The notes under the pieces: model-generated
What the model was told of the DNA's origin: nothing
Seen by the model: the letters and a program-made list of their open reading frames with translations, nothing else
The model's database searches: none
NCBI GenBank assembly: GCA_045537065.1
Contig: JAZSOT010000015.1
Location: 306-64,305 of the forward strand
Source: Clostridia bacterium
GTDB lineage: Bacteria; Bacillota; Clostridia; Monoglobales; Monoglobaceae
Direction: 5' to 3'
DNA length: 64,000 bases
Shown: positions 59,441-64,000 of the stretch, one piece after another
Layout: every line of letters begins with the position of its first letter
Position numbering within the stretch: position 1 is the first letter of the stretch
Translations under genes and position numbers: made by a program

Positions 59441-60061
59441 ATGTACGTTATAGTTACACTTTTAATAGGATATTTGATAGGCAGTATCAATTCATCAATA
59501 ATTATTGGAAAAATTTTAACAGGAAAAGACTTAAGAGATTTTGGAAGCGGAAATGCTGGTGCTACAAATGCCTTAAGAGTGCTTGGAAAAAAGGCTGGGA
59601 TTTTAACTTTTGTTTTTGATGCATTAAAGGCTGTTATTGCTATCTTAATTTGTCAAAATATTTTTAAGGATAATAAGGAAATAGCAATTTATTTATCAGG
59701 AATTGGAACCGTTCTTGGACATAATTATCCATTATGGTTTAAATTCAAGGGCGGGAAAGGAATTGTTGTTTCTGTTGTAACGATTTTCTTTGCTGATTGG
59801 AAAATCGGGCTTTTGATTTTTGTTATATCACTATTGATAATGATTATTTCAAGGTATGTGTCACTTGGCAGTGTTATGGGAAGTATTCTCCTTATTATCT
59901 TAGCGTTTATATTTAAAATAGATAATATTCCGTATATTGTATATGCTTTAATCTTATCATTCCTTGCTATATTCAGACACAGAGCAAATATATCGAGACT
60001 TATTAGCGGGACAGAAAATAAACTGAATTTTTCAAAAAAAATAGATAAAACGGAGGAATAA
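59441..60061 (+). CDS. plsY: glycerol-3-phosphate acyltransferase PlsY
   Basis: 206-aa membrane protein. Motifs GSGNAGATN and HNYPLWFKFKGGKG. Confidence 0.95.
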   Translation: MYVIVTLLIGYLIGSINSSIIIGKILTGKDLRDFGSGNAGATNALRVLGKKAGILTFVFDALKAVIAILICQNIFKDNKEIAIYLSGIGTVLGHNYPLWFKFKGGKGIVVSVVTIFFADWKIGLLIFVISLLIMIISRYVSLGSVMGSILLIILAFIFKIDNIPYIVYALILSFLAIFRHRANISRLISGTENKLNFSKKIDKTEE

Positions 60062-60063
60062 AA

Positions 60064-61077
60064 ATGGCTAAGATCGGAATACTTGGTTCAGGTGGTTGGG
60101 GAACAGCCATTGCGATAATGCTTTCCAATAATGGGCATAACGTAGTTTTATGGTCTTTTTCTAAAGAAGAAAAAGAAGATCTTGCAAGATACAGAGAAAA
60201 TAAACCATATCTTCCTGGAGTTAAGATCCCTGAAAATGTTTCATTTACGAATGATATTTCAGAATGTGCTGATACCGACGTTGTTGTTATGGCTACTCCG
60301 TCTCACGGAGTGAGAACTACAGCAAGGCTTTTTTCTGAATTTGCAAAGGATGATACAATTATTTTAAATATTTCAAAAGGTATTGAAGATGATACATACA
60401 AAACATTATCAGTTGTTTTAAAAGAAGAACTTCCAAATTGCAGAATTGCCGTTATGTCAGGGCCAAGCCATGCAGAAGAAGTTTCCAGAGGAATCCCCAC
60501 AACAAACGTTGTTGCATCTGAGTGGAAAGGCGTTCCTGAATATATACAGGATATGTTTATGAATCCGTCATTTAGATTATATACAAACACAGATGTTCTT
60601 GGGGTTGAACTTGGTGGTTCACTTAAGAATGTTTTTGCTCTTTGCTGTGGGATTCTTGATGGTGTTGGCTTTGGAGATAATACAAAAGCTGCCTTAATGA
60701 CAAGGGGGCTCCTTGAAATGACGAGACTTGGTGTGAAAATAGGAGCAAAGCCAAGCACATTTTCAGGCTTATCCGGTATGGGAGATTTGATTGTTACTTG
60801 CACAAGTATGCACTCAAGAAATAGAAGAGCCGGTATTTTGATAGGACAGGGAATGTCTGCTGATGAGGCCCAGAAGGAAGTTAAAATGGTTGTTGAGGGC
60901 ATAAAAAGCTGTAGGGCGGCAAAAGAGCTTGCTGATAAGATTGGAGTAGAGATTCCAATTATTAATGAAACATATAAAGTTTTGTTTGAGGGCGAATCAG
61001 TAAGGGATGCAGTTTCAAATCTTATGGGAAGAATGAAAAAAAATGAAACAGAAAATGATTTTTTAAATATTAATTAA
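60064..61077 (+). CDS. gpsA: NAD(P)H-dependent glycerol-3-phosphate dehydrogenase
   Basis: 337 aa. Motifs GSGGWGTA, SKGIE, LKNV. Confidence 0.95.
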   Translation: MAKIGILGSGGWGTAIAIMLSNNGHNVVLWSFSKEEKEDLARYRENKPYLPGVKIPENVSFTNDISECADTDVVVMATPSHGVRTTARLFSEFAKDDTIILNISKGIEDDTYKTLSVVLKEELPNCRIAVMSGPSHAEEVSRGIPTTNVVASEWKGVPEYIQDMFMNPSFRLYTNTDVLGVELGGSLKNVFALCCGILDGVGFGDNTKAALMTRGLLEMTRLGVKIGAKPSTFSGLSGMGDLIVTCTSMHSRNRRAGILIGQGMSADEAQKEVKMVVEGIKSCRAAKELADKIGVEIPIINETYKVLFEGESVRDAVSNLMGRMKKNETENDFLNIN

Positions 61078-61114
61078 AAAAACGGTATAGGCTTTAAAAC
61101 CTATACCGTTTTTT
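61075..61114. terminator. bidirectional terminator between gpsA (+) and ssrA (-)
   Basis: 10-bp stem ACGGTATAGG / CCTATACCGT with an 8-nt loop, flanked by an A-run (5') and a T-run (3'). Confidence 0.75.
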
Positions 61115-61460
61115 GGTGGAAGCGACGAGAATTGAACTCGTGTCCGAAGCTCTATACTCATGGTGCAACTACGAGCGTAGTTTGTGTTTTAAATTCCCGA
61201 TTTTATAAAGAACACAAACAATCTTTATAAATCGGTAGCTTCATAAATTCATAGTTTAATCAAAGCTTTTTAAACTACGTTCACCACTGATTTGATGCCC
61301 TGTCTGTCAGTCGTGGTTAACTAACAGAGGACAGCTGCACGATTAGGCAGCGTAAGCTAAATTATTGTTAGCGTTTATATTTATTGTGAACTTTTAACGC
61401 AGAGTTCACTGCGGCTCGCTCACCATGCCTCAAAAACCCCGTCGAAACCATTGCGCTCCC
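61114..61460 (-). ncRNA. ssrA: transfer-messenger RNA (tmRNA)
   Basis: The reverse complement starts GGGAGCGCAAUGGUUUCGACGGGG. It ends GGACACGAGUUCAAUUCUCGUCGCUUCCACCA (T-arm, acceptor, CCA). The acceptor stem has G1-C, G2-C and G3.U. Tag ORF GCU AAC AAU AAU UUA GCU UAC GCU GCC UAA encodes ANNNLAYAA. Lies next to smpB. Confidence 0.92.
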
Positions 61461-61931
61461 TTATCTAAGATTTTCTTTTAAAGCACGATCTATCCTGCGT
61501 TTAGATTCTTTTTCTGCAATTGCTTCTCTTTTGTCGTAATCTTTTTTACCTCGACAAACTCCGATTTCAACCTTAACATATGAGTTCTTAAAATACATTC
61601 TAAGTGGAATAATTGTATATCCATCCTGACTTGATAAACCAATTAATTTTGAAATCTCTCTTTTATGGAGGAGGAGTTTTCTTTCTCTTAAGGGGTCTTT
61701 GTTGAAGATATTACCTTTTTCGTATGGAGAAATATGCATACCTATAATAACCGCTTCTCCTGTTTTTAACGAAACATAACTGTCTCTTAAGTTTACTCTG
61801 CCTTCTCGGATGGATTTAACCTCTGTTCCTGCAAGGGAAATGCCTGCTTCATAGGTATCTTCAACAAAATAGTCGTGATAAGCTTTTTTATTCTGTGTAA
61901 TCTGAGCTGAACTTTTTTTATCCTTAGCCAT
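61461..61931 (-). CDS. smpB: SsrA-binding protein
   Basis: 156 aa from ATG 61931 (MAKDKKSS...NKKAYHDYF). GGAGGG upstream. The stop codon abuts the tmRNA 5' end. Confidence 0.95.
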   Translation of the reverse strand: MAKDKKSSAQITQNKKAYHDYFVEDTYEAGISLAGTEVKSIREGRVNLRDSYVSLKTGEAVIIGMHISPYEKGNIFNKDPLRERKLLLHKREISKLIGLSSQDGYTIIPLRMYFKNSYVKVEIGVCRGKKDYDKREAIAEKESKRRIDRALKENLR

Positions 61932-62023
61932 AATACCCTCCATTGAACAGTATATCCATTTTTACACACAAAATAAACATTTTTAAGTTAAAAATGCTGG
62001 AAAAATATTTAATTAAATAAAGA

Positions 62024-62482
62024 CTATCTTAAATCGTTTCTGTTATTCTTTACAATTGCAATACACTGTTCAAGTTCCTGAATTGCACCTGTAACAACAT
62101 TTTCAACGTTTTCAAGCAAAGTATCTGTGTACTGGAAGCTTGCATCCTTTGTTGCTTTTGCATCTGACATTGCTTTATCCATAATAGCTTTTGCCTGTTC
62201 TTTTGCTCCCTTTGTGATTTCGTTTTCGTCAATCATAGAGATAAGACGGTCGTTTGCTTCTTTGATAATTTTGTCAGATTCAGTTTTAGCATCGTTTAAG
62301 ATATTCTGTCTTTCGTTTTTAATCCATTTTGCCTGATTCAAATCATCAGGAAGCTTGAGTTTAATTTCCTGAATAAGTTCCATAAGTTCATCTTTATCAA
62401 GCAGACATCTGCCTGTAAAAGGAACTGTAACCCCTTTGTCAATTATATCCTCAAGTTCATCAAGTAGTTCTAAGGCATCCAT
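62024..62482 (-). CDS. acidic coiled-coil protein, function unknown
   Basis: 152 aa. AGGAGG RBS. Predicted long helices rich in E/K/D. No catalytic motif recognised. Confidence 0.5.
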   Translation of the reverse strand: MDALELLDELEDIIDKGVTVPFTGRCLLDKDELMELIQEIKLKLPDDLNQAKWIKNERQNILNDAKTESDKIIKEANDRLISMIDENEITKGAKEQAKAIMDKAMSDAKATKDASFQYTDTLLENVENVVTGAIQELEQCIAIVKNNRNDLR

Positions 62483-62504
62483 TTAATCTTCCTCCTAAAT
62501 TGTA

Positions 62505-62996
62505 TTACTTAGTATGTATTTTCATACATCTTTCTTTTATTATATCTATAAGTTCGTCAGGAACAAGTCCGTCAAGACTGCCGTTATAACAGGCAATTTC
62601 TTTGACAACGCTTGAACTTAAGAACATATATTCAGCACTTGTGGGCATAAATAGTGTTTCAAAATTTTCACATAATTTTCTGTTTGTTAATGCCATCTGG
62701 AATTCATACTCAAAATCAGAGACAGCACGAAGACCCTTTAAAACGAAGTCTGCTTTATTTTCTGCTAAAAAATCAACAAGAAGACCGGAAAAGCAAGCAA
62801 CCTCAACATTTTTTAAATTCTTTGTAACCTTTTTTATAAGCTCGACTCTTTCTTCAGCAGAAAACATAGGAGATTTACTGCTGTTAGTAAGCACGCCAAC
62901 GATAACCTTGTCGAAAAGTTTTGATGCTCTTGATATAATGTCCAAATGACCATTAGTGCACGGGTCAAAGCTTCCTGGATATACTGCTGTCTTCAT
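62505..62996 (-). CDS. coaD: phosphopantetheine adenylyltransferase
   Basis: 163 aa. [21 protein letters not shown] (HxGH-type motif). Confidence 0.95.
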   Translation of the reverse strand: MKTAVYPGSFDPCTNGHLDIISRASKLFDKVIVGVLTNSSKSPMFSAEERVELIKKVTKNLKNVEVACFSGLLVDFLAENKADFVLKGLRAVSDFEYEFQMALTNRKLCENFETLFMPTSAEYMFLSSSVVKEIACYNGSLDGLVPDELIDIIKERCMKIHTK

Positions 62997-63012
62997 AATG
63001 TATTCCTCATTT

Positions 63013-63552
63013 TTATTTTAATTTGTATATCAAAACAAGTGTTTTACCATACTTTGCATTTTTAATACATTCAAAATAACTGTTTTCAGGTAATTCACCA
63101 TCGTATTCTGTTTCTGCAATAATAATTCCGTTTTCTGATAAAATATTTTGTTTGTATATATAATCAAATGATTTTTTTAATAAACCCTTGTTGTAAGGAG
63201 GGTCAAGAAAAATAATATCGTACTTTGTTTTGCAGGAGTTCAAAAAATCAAATGCATCTTTTTTTATAAGGTCAGCTTTTTCTGATAGCCTTGCTTTTTC
63301 AATATTTTTTTTAACTGTTGAAAAAGACATTAAATTATTTTCTACAAATGTGCATTTTTGGCAACCACGGCTTAGAGCCTCTATGCCAAGTGCACCGCTG
63401 CCTGCAAATAAATCAAGAACATTATCGCACGGAATGTAGGCCTGAATTATGTTAAAAATTGATTCTTTTACCCTGTCTGTTGTAGGTCTTGTATCGAGTC
63501 CATCAGGAGATGTAAGTTTAAGACCGCGGGCAGAACCGCTGATTACTCTCAT
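63013..63552 (-). CDS. rsmD: 16S rRNA (guanine966-N2)-methyltransferase (YlbH)
   Basis: 179 aa. Motifs [46 protein letters not shown]. Confidence 0.9.
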   Translation of the reverse strand: MRVISGSARGLKLTSPDGLDTRPTTDRVKESIFNIIQAYIPCDNVLDLFAGSGALGIEALSRGCQKCTFVENNLMSFSTVKKNIEKARLSEKADLIKKDAFDFLNSCKTKYDIIFLDPPYNKGLLKKSFDYIYKQNILSENGIIIAETEYDGELPENSYFECIKNAKYGKTLVLIYKLK

Positions 63553-63589
63553 TTATAACCTCTTTAAACATTATATATATACATTATAT

Positions 63590-63617
63590 ATTTTATATTA
63601 TTTTAAGAATTTGTCAA
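63590..63617 (-). promoter_or_regulatory. possible sigma-A promoter for rsmD-coaD
   Basis: On the minus strand: TTGACA (63617-63612), 16-nt spacer, TAAAAT (63595-63590). Confidence 0.35.
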
Positions 63618-63639
63618 GTGTTATTAATAAAAAAAACAA

Positions 63640-63836
63640 AAAAACACCCCATCAATGCCGTAAAAGAGAGAGTGTAAAAACCTGCTTTGCAGGTGGGTCA
63701 TTTCCCGAAAACATTACAAGTCCACTGGCAGTTTTTTAAAAAAACAGGAGGCATGTGCGCCGCTTCCGGAGATAATATCCCTTGTTATACTTGTTGGTTT
63801 TACATTGCGTCATCTTTTACGAACACCACAGGGCAG
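63640..63836 (-). ncRNA. ssrS: probable 6S RNA ('ylbH leader' position upstream of rsmD)
   Basis: No credible ORF. It has its own promoter. The ~195-nt transcript has 5' GCCCUGU-GGUG-UU-CGUAAAAGA pairing with 3' UCUUUUACG-G-CAUU-G-AUGGGGU. That is about 20 bp including 5 G.U pairs, and it is followed by a U-run. An internal hairpin ACCUGC-AAA-GCAGGU sits on the 3' side. The 5' motif GGUGUUCG resembles the GAUGUUCG of E. coli 6S. Confidence 0.55.
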
Positions 63837-63841
63837 TAATT

Positions 63842-63870
63842 ATATTACCACAGATTATTAAAAATATCAA
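63842..63870 (-). promoter_or_regulatory. sigma-A promoter of the 6S-like RNA
   Basis: On the minus strand: TTGATA (63870-63865), 17-nt spacer, TGgTAATAT (-10 at 63847-63842). The predicted start is about 6 nt downstream, at the base of the closing helix. Confidence 0.45.
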
Positions 63871-64000
63871 GAGAAAGTGCAAATTAAAATAAAAAATATA
63901 TGGAATAAAAGTCTGTCTTTGCATAATCTGTAAAATTTAAAATATATATATAAATTTTCTTTAAATTTTAAATAAAATTGTTGCAATTTGATAAAAAATA

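Noticed and set aside
63640-63836. Possible SRP RNA, because the minus strand contains UCCGGAAGCGGCGC, which resembles the domain IV GGAAGCAGC
   Set aside because: The GGAA tetraloop is not closed by the expected stem, and the symmetric or asymmetric loop motifs are not arranged as in SRP RNA. The end-to-end helix and the position upstream of rsmD fit 6S better.
63753-63839. 28-codon + strand ORF (MCAASGDNIPCYTCWFYIASSFTNTTGQ) preceded by AGGAGG
   Set aside because: The SD is only 1 nt from the ATG. The ORF lies antisense within the structured 6S-like RNA. There is no promoter logic for it.
1-64000. Search for CRISPR arrays, IS elements or transposases, integrases, prophage genes, tRNA or rRNA genes, and defence or toxin-antitoxin pairs
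   Set aside because: None seen. All intergenic gaps over 150 nt are AT-rich promoter regions or are explained by tmRNA or the 6S-like RNA. No direct-repeat or spacer periodicity was noticed.

Overview
AT-rich, low-GC Firmicute (Clostridia-like) chromosomal core region. About 65 tightly packed housekeeping genes run on the + strand from 1 to 61077. Only two small genes in that block are on the - strand. At 61.1 kb a bidirectional terminator is followed by - strand genes (ssrA, smpB, coaD, rsmD and a 6S-like RNA).

Synteny matches well-known Bacillus/Clostridium blocks:
- def-fmt-rsmB-rlmN-stp-prkC-rsgA-rpe-thiN
- ylxM-ffh-rpsP-khpA-rimM-trmD
- nadD-yqeK-LCP-rsfS-leuS
- tig-clpP-clpX
- maf-mreBCD-PBP2-minD-mgsA
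- Asp23-nusB-xseAB-ispA
- der-plsY-gpsA
- smpB-ssrA
- rsmD-coaD

A five-gene biotin-dependent Na+-pump decarboxylase operon is also present. RNA genes are one clear tmRNA and one probable 6S RNA at the 'ylbH leader' position upstream of rsmD.

I see no CRISPR array, IS or transposase, integrase, prophage, tRNA, rRNA or recognisable defence or toxin-antitoxin module. I do not see convincing evidence of a novel multi-gene system. The points worth a second look are modest:
- the decarboxylase operon carrying two different carboxyltransferases
- several orphan proteins of unknown function sitting in otherwise conserved synteny slots
- a Cys-rich small ORF missing from the ORF track
- the exact abutment of smpB and ssrA

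All product calls come from motif and synteny recognition by eye. No searches were run. Several ORF-track starts were moved downstream to the first start codon with a plausible Shine-Dalgarno sequence.
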